Below are positions 18,878 through 29,004 of a stretch of 64,000 nt of DNA, one piece after another; position 1 is the first letter of the stretch; every line of letters begins with the position of its first letter. This stretch comes from an uncultured Methylomirabilota bacterium. GTDB taxonomy: Bacteria > Methylomirabilota > Methylomirabilia > Methylomirabilales > 2-02-FULL-66-22. The position numbers and the translations under genes are program-made. The notes beneath the pieces are model-generated. The model was not told the origin of the DNA. It searched no databases and was given only the letters and a program-made list of their open reading frames with translations. Location of the stretch: the NCBI GenBank assembly GCA_963705305.1, contig OY970067.1, positions 3,968,001 to 4,032,000 on the forward strand, in the 5' to 3' direction.

Positions 18878-19158
18878 CCGGACCTGACCTCCTCTCCCAC
18901 TCCACCGCGTTCCTCCGCGGTCTCCGCGCCGGCCACCGCCAAGCCGGCAGCAGCCTTACGCGCCGGTTCCTGCTCCACCTCGTCCTGGCCGCCGTCCTCT
19001 ATGGTGGCGCCCTGGGCCTCCTGTGGGCCACGTGGGACACCTACTTGCAAGCGGCGGATCATCTACTGACGTTGCGGGCGGTGGAGGGGAGCCCGATCAC
19101 GGTCATTGGGAAAATTGCGGCGTGGAATTATGTGTACGAGGCACCGAAGGGGAAATAG
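18874..19158 (+). CDS. Hypothetical protein with one hydrophobic segment
   Basis: ATGA overlap with the methylase remnant; FLLHLVLAAVLYGGALGLLW. Confidence 0.45.
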   Translation: MTGPDLLSHSTAFLRGLRAGHRQAGSSLTRRFLLHLVLAAVLYGGALGLLWATWDTYLQAADHLLTLRAVEGSPITVIGKIAAWNYVYEAPKGK

Positions 19159-19327
19159 GCTCTGTTTTAGGTCGGATTGCCATAATTGTTCGAGGAATGA
19201 CTTCATGCCTAATTTTGCCTACATCCCAGGAAGAAAGCAATCACGAAAACCAGGGAGAATCTTCCACTAATACCGACCACAAGATGTAGAGACTGGTTGC
19301 GTCAAGTGAATATGCCCTTGCGATCAA

Positions 19328-19690
19328 ATGAGCACGCAGGAAAAGGGATCGGGGATGAAGAAAAAGACCCTGCAATCTAGCCGCAAGAGAACCTCCGCGC
19401 GGTCTACCCCTTCCTCTCAGTGGGACCTCCGACTGTATGTCGCGGACGGGACTCCACGGGGCCTCGCTGCCATTGGCAATCTCAAGCGCTTGTGCGAGAC
19501 CCACCTGAAGGGCAGGTACCGACTTGAGGTGATTGATCTGTTAGAGCATCCGCAGCTCGCGAGCGGTGACCAGGTCACGGCTATTCCGACCCTCGTCCGG
19601 AGACTCCCGCCCCCCGTGCGGAAGATCATCGGGGACCTGTCGAATGGTGAGGACGTACTCGTGAGGCTGGATTTGCGCCCAAGGAAATGA
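19328..19690 (+). CDS. kaiB: KaiB-family protein
   Basis: LRLYVA, GRYRLEVIDLLEHPQLA, AIPTLVRRLPPPVRKIIGDLSN; start 19328 or 19355. Confidence 0.93.
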   Translation: MSTQEKGSGMKKKTLQSSRKRTSARSTPSSQWDLRLYVADGTPRGLAAIGNLKRLCETHLKGRYRLEVIDLLEHPQLASGDQVTAIPTLVRRLPPPVRKIIGDLSNGEDVLVRLDLRPRK

Positions 19691-19805
19691 GGCGAGGAAG
19701 TCCCCGGAAGGAGTCGCCACGTCACGGGGCAATTGCGGCCGGCGCTATGTGGACGGTCTCCCGGAAGGCAGGAAGGCGTGTGACAATGTTTACGCCTGGA
19801 CGACG

Positions 19806-22442
19806 ATGAAGCCAAGACACTCTAAGCCAGTCGGGGAGATGGCGGCACTCCGGGTGCGGCTGGAGGAGGCTGAAGAGACGCTCCGGGCGATCCGGAGTGG
19901 AGAAGTGGATGCCGTGGTAATCGCAGGAGCCGGGGGCGAGCAGGTTCTCAGGCTGGAGGGGGCGGATCTGTCGTATCGCGTGTTCCTCGACACGATGAAT
20001 GAAGGCGCGATTATCCTCGCCCTGGATGGGACGATCCTCTACTGCAACCGACGCTTTGCCGAGATGGTCAGCCTGCCGCGCGCGAAAGTGATTGGGTCCT
20101 CGATACGCAGCTTTGTTCAGCCGAAAGATTCCCACACCTTTGCAGGATTGCTCGAGCGCAGCCGAACCGGCAGCACTACGCAGGACATCTCCCTCCAAAC
20201 AGCGACGGGAACGCTCCTACCCACCCAGCTCTCGCTTCGCTCTCTAGAGCCGGATGCGCCGCGCGCGGTCTGCGTCGTTGTGACCGACCTGACCGTGCAC
20301 AAGCGGGCGGAGGAGCACCTCCGGCTGCAATGCACCGCCCTCGAAGCCGCTGCAAGTGCCATCCTCATTGCCAATCGGGAGGGGCGCATCATCTGGGCGA
20401 ATCCGGCCTTCACCCGCCTTACGGGCTACGCTCGTGAAGAGGCCGTCGGCCAGGGCATGCACCTTTTCAGGTCAGACCGGCAAGATCCAGCAATCTACCA
20501 GGTGTTGTGGGAGAGCATTCTGGCTGGGTCAGTATGGCGGGGGGAGCTCTGGACCTGCCGAAAGGATGGGAGTGTGTACCTGGAAGGGCAGACCATCACC
20601 CCTGTACGGGACGAGCGAGGAGAGGTCCGCCACTTCATTGCCATCAAACAGGACATCACGGAGCGCAGACGGGCAGAGGAGGACCTGCGGGCGAGCGAGG
20701 GCACTCTTGCCTCCCTGTACCGGACGGTGCCCGTCGGCATCTGTCTAACGGATGAGAAAGGGCGCTACGTTCAGGTAAACGATGCCTACTGTCGCATCTA
20801 CGGGTACACCCAGGATGAGCTGATTGGCCGGCGCTTTACCGTAATCTTGCCCTCAGAGGAGGTCGCGTCGAGGACGGCCGCTTACGCGCACATCCTCGAT
20901 GGGCGGATAGACGGTCCGGCCGAGTGTCGGGGACGGCGCAAGGACGGCACCGTCATCGACATCGAGGCTGCGAATAGCCTGCTCGTCCGGGAGAACGGAC
21001 AGCGGTTGGTCATCACAGTCGCCAGCGACATTACCCACCGGAGGCAGGCTGCAGAGACGCTGCATCGGTATGTGGAGCGGCTGAAGAGCTTGCGAGGGAT
21101 CGATCGGGCCATCTTGACGGTGCAGTCCCCACAAGAGATCGCCGACGCCGCCTTGGATCGACTCCGGACGCTCGTGCCCTGTCGCCGGGCTAGCGTATCG
21201 CTGTTCGACCCCGAGATGGATGAGGCCACGATCCTCGCGGTCTGGGCCGAGGGCGACACCTCGGTGGGGGCCGGCGCTCGCGTGTCGATGGACGCGCTTG
21301 GCATCGCCGAAACGCTTCGCGCCGGCAGGTCGTATACCTACGAGGACATTCACCCTCTCTCCCAGCCGCTAGCCCTGATCCGGACGCTGCAATTTGAGAG
21401 GGTGCGTGCCCTCCTCTCTGTGCCCTTGTTCGCCCAGGGTAAGATTATCGGGTCGCTGGACCTGGGGAAGAGCGTGCCTGGTCCCTTCCTCGCCGAGCAG
21501 GTGGAGATCGTGACGGAGGTGGCTGATCAGTTGGCCGTGGCGATCGAGCAGGCCCGGCTTCGTGAGGAGCTGGCCCGCCACGCCGCCGAGTTGGAGCAGC
21601 GGGTTGCCGAGCGGACGGCGGAGCTGGCGCGGGCTAACCAGGAGCTCGTCGCGGCCTCCCGGCACAAGTCCGAGTTCCTTGCGAACATGTCCCACGAGCT
21701 CCGGACCCCCCTGAACGGGATCCTCGGCTTCGCCCAGATCCTCCAGGAGCAGGCGGGGCCCGTCCTGTCGGACAAGCAGCGCCGCTACCTGGGCCACATC
21801 TACGGGAGCGGCCAGCACCTCCTCACCCTCATCAACGACATCCTCGACCTCGCGAAGGTGGAGGCGGGGAAGATCGCCCTCCAGCCCGAGCCCCTCCCGG
21901 TGGCCCAGACTCTGGAGGACCTCCTCGTCATCGCCCGGGGCCTGGCCAGCGAGAAGGGGCAGGTCCTCACGGCCGCCATTGCCCCCGACCTCCCCCCCCT
22001 CACGGCCGACCCCGTCCGGGTCAAGCAGATCCTGTTCAACCTCCTCTCGAACGCCGTGAAGTTCACCCCCGAGCAGGGCACCATCACCCTCACCGCCCGC
22101 GCGCTCGCAGAGGCGCCAGGGCGCGGAGACGCCGAGACAGCGGGTGATACGCGAGACACCTCACCCCAGCTCCCCGGCACCCCAGCTCCCCGGCAGTTCC
22201 TCGAACTCGCCGTGACCGACACCGGGGTCGGCATCAAGGCGGGGGACCTCCCCAAGCTCTTCCACGAGTTCACCCAGCTCGAGACCACCCGTACGCAGGC
22301 GCACGAGGGCACCGGCCTTGGCCTCGCCCTCACCAAGCGCCTGGTCGAGCTCCACGGCGGCCGGATCTGGGCCGCCTCCCCGGGCGAGGGCCAGGGGAGC
22401 ACCTTCACGGTGGTCCTGCCCCTGGGAGGGTTTCCCGCATGA
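19806..22442 (+). CDS. PAS x3-GAF histidine kinase
   Basis: LEEAEETLRAIRSGEVDA leader, three PAS domains, GAF, SHELRTPLN, NAVKFT, DTGVGI, GTGLGL; start estimated. Confidence 0.92.
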   Translation: MKPRHSKPVGEMAALRVRLEEAEETLRAIRSGEVDAVVIAGAGGEQVLRLEGADLSYRVFLDTMNEGAIILALDGTILYCNRRFAEMVSLPRAKVIGSSIRSFVQPKDSHTFAGLLERSRTGSTTQDISLQTATGTLLPTQLSLRSLEPDAPRAVCVVVTDLTVHKRAEEHLRLQCTALEAAASAILIANREGRIIWANPAFTRLTGYAREEAVGQGMHLFRSDRQDPAIYQVLWESILAGSVWRGELWTCRKDGSVYLEGQTITPVRDERGEVRHFIAIKQDITERRRAEEDLRASEGTLASLYRTVPVGICLTDEKGRYVQVNDAYCRIYGYTQDELIGRRFTVILPSEEVASRTAAYAHILDGRIDGPAECRGRRKDGTVIDIEAANSLLVRENGQRLVITVASDITHRRQAAETLHRYVERLKSLRGIDRAILTVQSPQEIADAALDRLRTLVPCRRASVSLFDPEMDEATILAVWAEGDTSVGAGARVSMDALGIAETLRAGRSYTYEDIHPLSQPLALIRTLQFERVRALLSVPLFAQGKIIGSLDLGKSVPGPFLAEQVEIVTEVADQLAVAIEQARLREELARHAAELEQRVAERTAELARANQELVAASRHKSEFLANMSHELRTPLNGILGFAQILQEQAGPVLSDKQRRYLGHIYGSGQHLLTLINDILDLAKVEAGKIALQPEPLPVAQTLEDLLVIARGLASEKGQVLTAAIAPDLPPLTADPVRVKQILFNLLSNAVKFTPEQGTITLTARALAEAPGRGDAETAGDTRDTSPQLPGTPAPRQFLELAVTDTGVGIKAGDLPKLFHEFTQLETTRTQAHEGTGLGLALTKRLVELHGGRIWAASPGEGQGSTFTVVLPLGGFPA

Positions 22443-25400
22443 GCCGCCAGCGCAACCGGGACGACCGCCTTGCTGCCTTCTTGCAGGCCAGCCAGGCCAT
22501 GGCGTCGTCTCTGGACCTGGATCAAGTCCTGCGGACGGTCGTCGAGGCCGCCGCCGCCATTTCGGGTGCCCCCTTCGTCCGTCTATTTCTCCTGGAGGGC
22601 GCCCCCCCGATGCTGCACTGGCGGGTGGGAGTGGGCCTCTCTCCGGAGGGGGAGCCCAACCGCCCGATCCGGATCGGCGAGAGCTTCTCGGGGCAGGTGG
22701 CGGTCACCGGGCAGCCCCTGGCCGTGGCCGATTGCCGGGAGGACCCCCGCCTCCGGTTCCCCGAGCACATCCAGCGATACAGCCTCATCTCGTACCTGGG
22801 CCTGCCGGTGAAGACGGGCGACCGCCTTCTGGGTGTCCTCTGCTTCAATACGAATGCTCCCCATGTATACACGGAGGAGGAGATCTCCTTCCTAAACGCC
22901 TTCGCGCAGCAGGCGGCCGTGGCCATCCAGAACGCCCAGCTTCACCGGGAAGAGCAGCGTCGCCGGCAGCAGCTCGAGGCCGTACGGGCGGTGGCCGCCG
23001 AGATTACGCGGGAGCTGGATCTCACCCTGCTCCTCCAGCTCATCATCCGCCGGGCGGTGGACCTGACGGGGGCCCAGGCGGGGTCGCTCTCCCTCTGGGA
23101 CGAGGGGGCGCAGATCCTCCGGCACCGGGCGTGGGTCGGATACGACGACTGGCTGGCGAACGTCACACTCCGCCCTGGCGAGGGCGTGAAGGGGGCGGTG
23201 GCGCAGCGCCGCGCCGGAATGATCGTCAACGACTACCCCGCCTCGCCCGTCGCCTACCCCCCCTTCGTGGAGCGCCTGGGCACCACGGCGGTCCTGGCGG
23301 AGCCGCTGCTCTACCAAAATCGCCTCCTGGGGGTGGTCTCGGTGGACATGCGAGAGCCGGGGCGCAGGTTCAGCGGGGAAGACCGGAAAGTCCTGGCCCT
23401 CTTCGCCGACCAAGCGGCCGTCGCGATCGAGAACGCCCAGCTGTACGAGACCTCCAGGGCCCAGGCGAACGAGCTCCAGGCCGTCGCGGAGATTGGCCAG
23501 GCGGTCTCCCGCCACCTCGAGCTCCCCGCCGTGCTGAACGCGATCGTCGCGGGAACCATGCGCCTCCTCGACAACCCCTTCGCCCAGATCCTCCTGTGGG
23601 ACGAGGAGCGCCAGCGCCTCACTTATGGGGCGGTCCAGGGGCCCGAAGCGCAGCGGGTGATGGGGCAGCAGTTTGAGCTGGGGCGGGGCATCAACGGGGA
23701 GGTGGCCCAGACCCGACAGCCCATGATCCTAGAGGACTACCAGGGGTCCCCGTACGCGGTGCCCGAGTGCGCCGATGTCGTGGCGACCATCACGGTCCCC
23801 ATCTGTGCTGGCGACCGGCTGCTCGGCGTCCTCCACTCCCATACGACCCAGGCGGATCGGCGGTTCACGCAGGATGACCTCCGCCTGCTGCAGAGCCTGG
23901 CGGCCCACGCCGCCATCGCCATCGCGAACGCCCGGGCGTACGACGTGTCAGCTCGCAGGACGAAGGAGCTGGAGGCCCTGCTGCGGGCAAGCCGGTCGGT
24001 GATGGCCGGGCTGGATCTCCGGGTGACCCTGGCCCGGATCGTCGCCGAGGCTGCCGCCATGGCCGGCACTCCCCTTGTCAAAGTGCTTCTGCGGGATGAA
24101 TCGACGCAGCACTTCACGGTGGCGGCAGCGAAAAGCACGGTCACGCTGCCCGGCGCCCAATTCCCGGTGGGCGCCGGACTCTCGGGAATCGTGGCCGCCA
24201 CCGGAGAGCCGCTGTTCGTGCCCGACACTCCGGCTGACCCTCGCAACCTCTTCGCGGGGCAAGACCGCGCCCTGGGCGTCGTCACCTACCTCGGCCTCCC
24301 GATCAAGGATAGCCGCGGAGGGGTGCGCGGCGTGCTGACCTTCAACACGACGGAGCCCCGCCAGTACACGGCGGCGGACCTCGCCTATCTGGGCGCGTTC
24401 GCGGCCCACGCGGCCCTCGCCATCGAGAACGCCCGGTTGCACGAGGCGACCCAGCACGAGTTGGCCGAACGGATCCGGGCCGAGGAGGGTCTCCGGCGCA
24501 GCGAGGAGCAGGCGAGACGCCTGGCCCAAGAAAACGCGACCATGGCGGAGCTGGGCCGCCTCATCAGCTCCACCCCGCATCTCGAGGAGGTCTACGAGAA
24601 CTTTGCCGACGAAGCCCGGAAGGTTCTCCGCTTTGACCGCATTGTCATCAACCGCATCGATGTGGAGAAGAATCTCGTCCAGAATCTGTTCGTCGCGGGC
24701 GAGAGGCTTCAGGGTCGGACCTCCTCCGACCCCTACCCCCTGGCAGGATCCAGCAACGCCGAGATGGTCCGCACCCGCGCCAGTCTGCTCATCCAGACGG
24801 ACGACTTCGGCCCATACGCCGAGCGCTTCCCGGGCCTCATCTCGACCTTCCAGGCGGGCTTCCGGTCGATCCTGAACGTCCCCCTGTTCGCCCAAGGCCG
24901 AGTCATCGGGGGGTTGCTCTTGCGCTCGCGGCAGCCCAATGCCTATACCGGCCAGGACGTGCGGCTGGCCGAGCGCATTGCCTCGCAGATCGCCGGGACC
25001 GTGACCAACGCCCAGCTCTACCTGGAGAATGTCCATCTTTACGAGGCCGCCCAGCGGGAGATCGCAGAGCGCCGGCAGGCCGAGGAGATCCTAGCGGTCC
25101 GCACCCGGCACCTGGAAGCCGTCCGGAGCATCAGCGAGGAGATCGTCCGCGAGCTCGACCTCACGACGGTGCTTGACCTCATCATTCAGCGGGCCGTGAC
25201 GCTCGTGGGCGCAACGTCCGGCAGCATCCGGCTCTGGGATGAAGGGCAGCAACTGCTCACTCCAGTGGCCCGGACGGGGAGCGACAGGCACGCGGCGACG
25301 GTTCCCCTGCGGCTCGGCGAGGGCGTGGCGGGGACCGCCGCACAGCAGCGCCGGGGCCTCATCGTCAACGATTTCCGCACCTCGGCGTATGCTATGCCGG

Positions 25401-27343
25401 CCCTTCTCGAGGAAACGGTGCACACCGCCGTGATAGCCACGCCCTTACTGTATGGAGAGCGTCTCGTGGGGGTGTTGGTGATCAGCCGGGAGGCAATTGG
25501 GCCGCCCTTCGTGGACGCGGACCTCGAGGCCCTGAACCTCTTCGCTCCCCATGCCGCCGTCGCCATCGAGAACGCCCGCCTCCATGCGGCTGCGCTCCAG
25601 CGTGGCGAAGAGCTTGGGGCGCTGCTCCGGGCCGGGCGCGTCGTCATGGACGGATTGAATCTCGATGAGACCCTGGATCGCATTATCAGGGAAGCTTCCG
25701 CGATCGCGCGTGCCCCGCATGTCAAGATCCTGCTCGCGGACACGGAAGACGGAACGCTGCGCTTAGCAGCGGTCCTCGGCCGGCCCGCTGAGATGATGGG
25801 CCAATTCGATTATGCCGGGCGGGGCAGCCTCTCGGGGGTGGTCGCGAAGACCGGACACCCGCTCTTCGTGCCCGACTGCCAGCACGATCCGAGGAATATC
25901 GCCGCTGAGCAGGATAGCTTGCTGGGGATTCAGACCTACCTCGGGTTGCCGATCAAGAGCCGGGGTGAAATTCTCGGCGTCCTGACCTTTAACACGACGG
26001 AGCCTCGGCAGTACACCCCTGGAGAAATTGAGTACCTCAGCTCGTTCGCGGATCAAGCCGCCATCGCCATCGAGAACGCCCGCCTCTACGAGGAAGTGCA
26101 GCGGCACGCCGGCGAGCTGGAGACCCGGGTGAAGGAGCGCACCGCCGAGCTGGAGGAGGCCCTCCGGGTGAAGGCCGAGTTCCTGGCGAAGGTGTCCCAC
26201 GAGCTGCGGACTCCCCTGAACTTCGTCCTCGGCTTCTCCGATCTGCTCAGAGAGCAGATCGCCGGGCCGCTCACGGACAAGCAGATGCGGTTCGTGGACC
26301 GCATTTACACCGGCGGCAGGCAGCTCCTAGATCTCGTGAGTGACCTGCTCAATCTGTCACGAGTCGAGATGGAGGAGCGCCCGCTCCGGTTTGAGGAGAT
26401 GTCGCTCGCCCCCCTCATCCAGGGGGTTCTGAGCCTCTACAGCATCCCGGCTGGCCAGAGGCATCTGACGCTGGGGGTGAATGTCCCCCCGACCCTTCGC
26501 CTCGTCGCCGAGCGCCACAAGCTCATCCAGATCGTCACCAACCTCGTCGGGAACGCGGTCAAGTTCACACCCGAGGGGGGCTCGATTCGGGTCACAGCGA
26601 GACAGGTGCTGGGTAAGGAGAGCAGAGGCGCAGTGGCGCAGGGGAGCAGGGGCGAAGAGGCCCCTCTGCCCCCGGGCCCCTCTGCCCCTCTGCAGTCTGT
26701 AGAGATTGCCGTCGAGGATACCGGCATCGGCCTGGCTCCCCAAGACCTGGAGCGCATCTTCCGGGGCTTCGATCAGGTGGACGGCTCCTCCACCCGCCAG
26801 TACGGGGGCACGGGGATCGGCCTAGCCCTGGTTCGCACCCTGGTCGAGTTGCACGGGGGTAGCGTCTGGGCGGAGAGTGGCGGGCTGGGGCAGGGCGCCC
26901 GCTTCATCGTGCGGATTCCCTGCCTGAAGGCATCCCCGCCCAGGCGAATCCTGGTGGTCGAGGACGAGGCGGCCATTCTGAAATTCCTCTGCATCTTCCT
27001 CCGGGATGCGGGCTATGCGGTCACAGGGGCGGGCAGCGGAGCCGAGGCGCTTGCCGCCGTGGCGGCGGACCTCCCCAACCTGGTGGTCCTGGACATCGGC
27101 CTCCCCGATATGAGTGGTTGGGAGGTGCTGCGGCAGCTCCGCGCCGAGACGCGGACTGCGAGTCTCCCCGTCCTCGTCCTGATGGGCGTGGGGGAGTCGC
27201 AGGCCGAGCAGGCTAAGGCTCTGGGGGCCTTGGAATTCTTGACGAAGCCTTTCTCTCCCCCGGTGCTGCTCAAGTTGGTGGGCGACCTTATGACCGGGAG
27301 CGGCCGGCCGGTCCCCCCCGAGCAGCTTGAGCGGCCGGGATAG
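22439..27343 (+). CDS. Hybrid histidine kinase with seven GAF domains and a C-terminal REC
   Basis: Seven units ending in an A(I/V)xNAx(L/A)-type helix, then SHELRTPLN, HATPase and REC. Confidence 0.92.
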   Translation: MSRQRNRDDRLAAFLQASQAMASSLDLDQVLRTVVEAAAAISGAPFVRLFLLEGAPPMLHWRVGVGLSPEGEPNRPIRIGESFSGQVAVTGQPLAVADCREDPRLRFPEHIQRYSLISYLGLPVKTGDRLLGVLCFNTNAPHVYTEEEISFLNAFAQQAAVAIQNAQLHREEQRRRQQLEAVRAVAAEITRELDLTLLLQLIIRRAVDLTGAQAGSLSLWDEGAQILRHRAWVGYDDWLANVTLRPGEGVKGAVAQRRAGMIVNDYPASPVAYPPFVERLGTTAVLAEPLLYQNRLLGVVSVDMREPGRRFSGEDRKVLALFADQAAVAIENAQLYETSRAQANELQAVAEIGQAVSRHLELPAVLNAIVAGTMRLLDNPFAQILLWDEERQRLTYGAVQGPEAQRVMGQQFELGRGINGEVAQTRQPMILEDYQGSPYAVPECADVVATITVPICAGDRLLGVLHSHTTQADRRFTQDDLRLLQSLAAHAAIAIANARAYDVSARRTKELEALLRASRSVMAGLDLRVTLARIVAEAAAMAGTPLVKVLLRDESTQHFTVAAAKSTVTLPGAQFPVGAGLSGIVAATGEPLFVPDTPADPRNLFAGQDRALGVVTYLGLPIKDSRGGVRGVLTFNTTEPRQYTAADLAYLGAFAAHAALAIENARLHEATQHELAERIRAEEGLRRSEEQARRLAQENATMAELGRLISSTPHLEEVYENFADEARKVLRFDRIVINRIDVEKNLVQNLFVAGERLQGRTSSDPYPLAGSSNAEMVRTRASLLIQTDDFGPYAERFPGLISTFQAGFRSILNVPLFAQGRVIGGLLLRSRQPNAYTGQDVRLAERIASQIAGTVTNAQLYLENVHLYEAAQREIAERRQAEEILAVRTRHLEAVRSISEEIVRELDLTTVLDLIIQRAVTLVGATSGSIRLWDEGQQLLTPVARTGSDRHAATVPLRLGEGVAGTAAQQRRGLIVNDFRTSAYAMPALLEETVHTAVIATPLLYGERLVGVLVISREAIGPPFVDADLEALNLFAPHAAVAIENARLHAAALQRGEELGALLRAGRVVMDGLNLDETLDRIIREASAIARAPHVKILLADTEDGTLRLAAVLGRPAEMMGQFDYAGRGSLSGVVAKTGHPLFVPDCQHDPRNIAAEQDSLLGIQTYLGLPIKSRGEILGVLTFNTTEPRQYTPGEIEYLSSFADQAAIAIENARLYEEVQRHAGELETRVKERTAELEEALRVKAEFLAKVSHELRTPLNFVLGFSDLLREQIAGPLTDKQMRFVDRIYTGGRQLLDLVSDLLNLSRVEMEERPLRFEEMSLAPLIQGVLSLYSIPAGQRHLTLGVNVPPTLRLVAERHKLIQIVTNLVGNAVKFTPEGGSIRVTARQVLGKESRGAVAQGSRGEEAPLPPGPSAPLQSVEIAVEDTGIGLAPQDLERIFRGFDQVDGSSTRQYGGTGIGLALVRTLVELHGGSVWAESGGLGQGARFIVRIPCLKASPPRRILVVEDEAAILKFLCIFLRDAGYAVTGAGSGAEALAAVAADLPNLVVLDIGLPDMSGWEVLRQLRAETRTASLPVLVLMGVGESQAEQAKALGALEFLTKPFSPPVLLKLVGDLMTGSGRPVPPEQLERPG

Positions 27344-28514
27344 GGGTATAGAGCGGATGCAGAGGCGAACCGGGGAGCATACAGAATTCAGAGTTGACAT
27401 CGAGCTCCCTGCCGCGAATGGCCCGGCTCGCATCCTCGTGGCTGAGGACGATCCGGCCACCCAGGAGCTGCTCACCGGCCTCCTGGAGGATCAGGGCCAT
27501 ACGATCATCGCCGTCGCCGACGGGGGCATGGCCCTCGCTGCGATCCAGGCAGCCCCTCCCGACCTCGTCCTTTCCGATGTGGGGATGCCTGGGATTGACG
27601 GCTTCGCCCTCTGCCGCCACCTGAAGGCTGATCCGGCGACCCGACTCATCCCAGTGATCCTGCTCACGGCGATCGGGGAGGAGTACAAGCAGGTCGGCAT
27701 CGAGGCGGGGGCAGACGAATTCCTGAGCAAGCCTGTGGTGCCAGGCGAGCTCCACCTCCGGCTGCGCGCCCTGCTCCGGATGAAGCGATTCACGGACGAT
27801 CTGGAGTCGGCCGAGACGGTGCTCTGCACGCTGGCGCAGAGCATCGAGGCCAAGGACCCCTCCACGGAGGGGCATTGCCAGCGGCTAGCGGAATGGGCGG
27901 TCGCCTTGGGCCGGGCCCTTGGGCTGCCCCCGGAGGAGCGGCAGGCCCTGCACCGAGGTGGCTTCTTGCATGACCTGGGGAAAGTGGCGGTCCCCGAGCG
28001 CATCCTCCTGAAGCCGGGCTCGCTCACTCCCGGCGAGCGGGCCGTGCTCCAGCGTCACCCGCTCGTGGGCGAGGCGATCTGCCGGCCGCTCCGGAGTCTC
28101 CGGAGCGTGCTCCCGATCATCCGCTCTCACCACGAGCGGGGGGATGGCTCGGGGTACCCGGACGGACTCCGGGGCGCGGCGATCCCCCACACGGCGCGGA
28201 TCCTCCAGGTGGTGGACGTCTACGACGCGCTGATTACCGACCGGCCCTACCGGAAGGCGCTGCCACCAGCGGCGGCGCTGGAGATCCTGACGACCGAGAC
28301 CCACCAGGGCTGGTGGGACCCGGCGGTCGTGAGGGCACTCCGGGAGACGGTGGTGGAGAAGGCGGGACGAGCGTTTGACGCTTCTGGGACTCGCGGTGTC
28401 GAGGGGACGACCGGACAGCCGAACGATGGAGCGGGTGGCACGATTGAGCGATCTTCGAGGTCGGGCGATCGTGCCGTTCAGCCGGACCCCCGATCCGTCG
28501 AACGGTCTGGGTGA
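27327..28514 (+). CDS. REC-HD-GYP cyclic dinucleotide phosphodiesterase (RpfG-like)
   Basis: REC, EAKDP, LHDLGK, HHERGDGSGYPDGL, DRPYR; start uncertain. Confidence 0.92.
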   Translation: MSGRDRGIERMQRRTGEHTEFRVDIELPAANGPARILVAEDDPATQELLTGLLEDQGHTIIAVADGGMALAAIQAAPPDLVLSDVGMPGIDGFALCRHLKADPATRLIPVILLTAIGEEYKQVGIEAGADEFLSKPVVPGELHLRLRALLRMKRFTDDLESAETVLCTLAQSIEAKDPSTEGHCQRLAEWAVALGRALGLPPEERQALHRGGFLHDLGKVAVPERILLKPGSLTPGERAVLQRHPLVGEAICRPLRSLRSVLPIIRSHHERGDGSGYPDGLRGAAIPHTARILQVVDVYDALITDRPYRKALPPAAALEILTTETHQGWWDPAVVRALRETVVEKAGRAFDASGTRGVEGTTGQPNDGAGGTIERSSRSGDRAVQPDPRSVERSG

Positions 28515-28532
28515 ATGTGAGGAGGGACAAAG

Positions 28533-28940
28533 GTGCCGCCCCGCGTGCTTGTGGTTGAAGATAACCCCGTGAATCTGGAGCTGCTGATCGCCCTCCTGGA
28601 GGAGGAGGGCTGCCAGGCCCTCGGTGCGACCTCGGCCGCGACGGGCCTGCAGCTCGCGGCGGCCGAGCGACCCGTCCTCATTCTGATGGATGTCCAGCTT
28701 CCCGGCATGACGGGCTACGAGGCCACCCGCTGGCTCAAGGCCGACCCGCTCACGGCGGCAATTCCCGTGGTGGCGATCACGGCGCAGGCCATGCGGGGCG
28801 ATGACGCGAAGGCGCGTGAAGCCGGGTGCGATGCCTACCTGACGAAGCCGATGGAAACGCACGCGTTCCGCGAGATCTTGCGCCGATTCATCGGGACCCC
28901 GAGAAGCGAGGGAGACGGGGACCAAGGGACAAAGGGATAG
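28533..28940 (+). CDS. Single-domain (DivK-like) response regulator
   Basis: VLVVEDN, ILMDVQLPG, GCDAYLTKP. Confidence 0.92.
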   Translation: MPPRVLVVEDNPVNLELLIALLEEEGCQALGATSAATGLQLAAAERPVLILMDVQLPGMTGYEATRWLKADPLTAAIPVVAITAQAMRGDDAKAREAGCDAYLTKPMETHAFREILRRFIGTPRSEGDGDQGTKG

Positions 28941-29004
28941 CGGAAGCAAGGAACCGCGCAGCTTCCCTCCCAGGGCTGCTCACTCGCGGAAGGAGAGGCG
29001 ACCC

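Noticed and set aside
22439..27343. GAF domains as cyanobacteriochrome/phytochrome photoreceptors
   Set aside because: No DIP, DXCF or CH bilin-attachment motifs recognised
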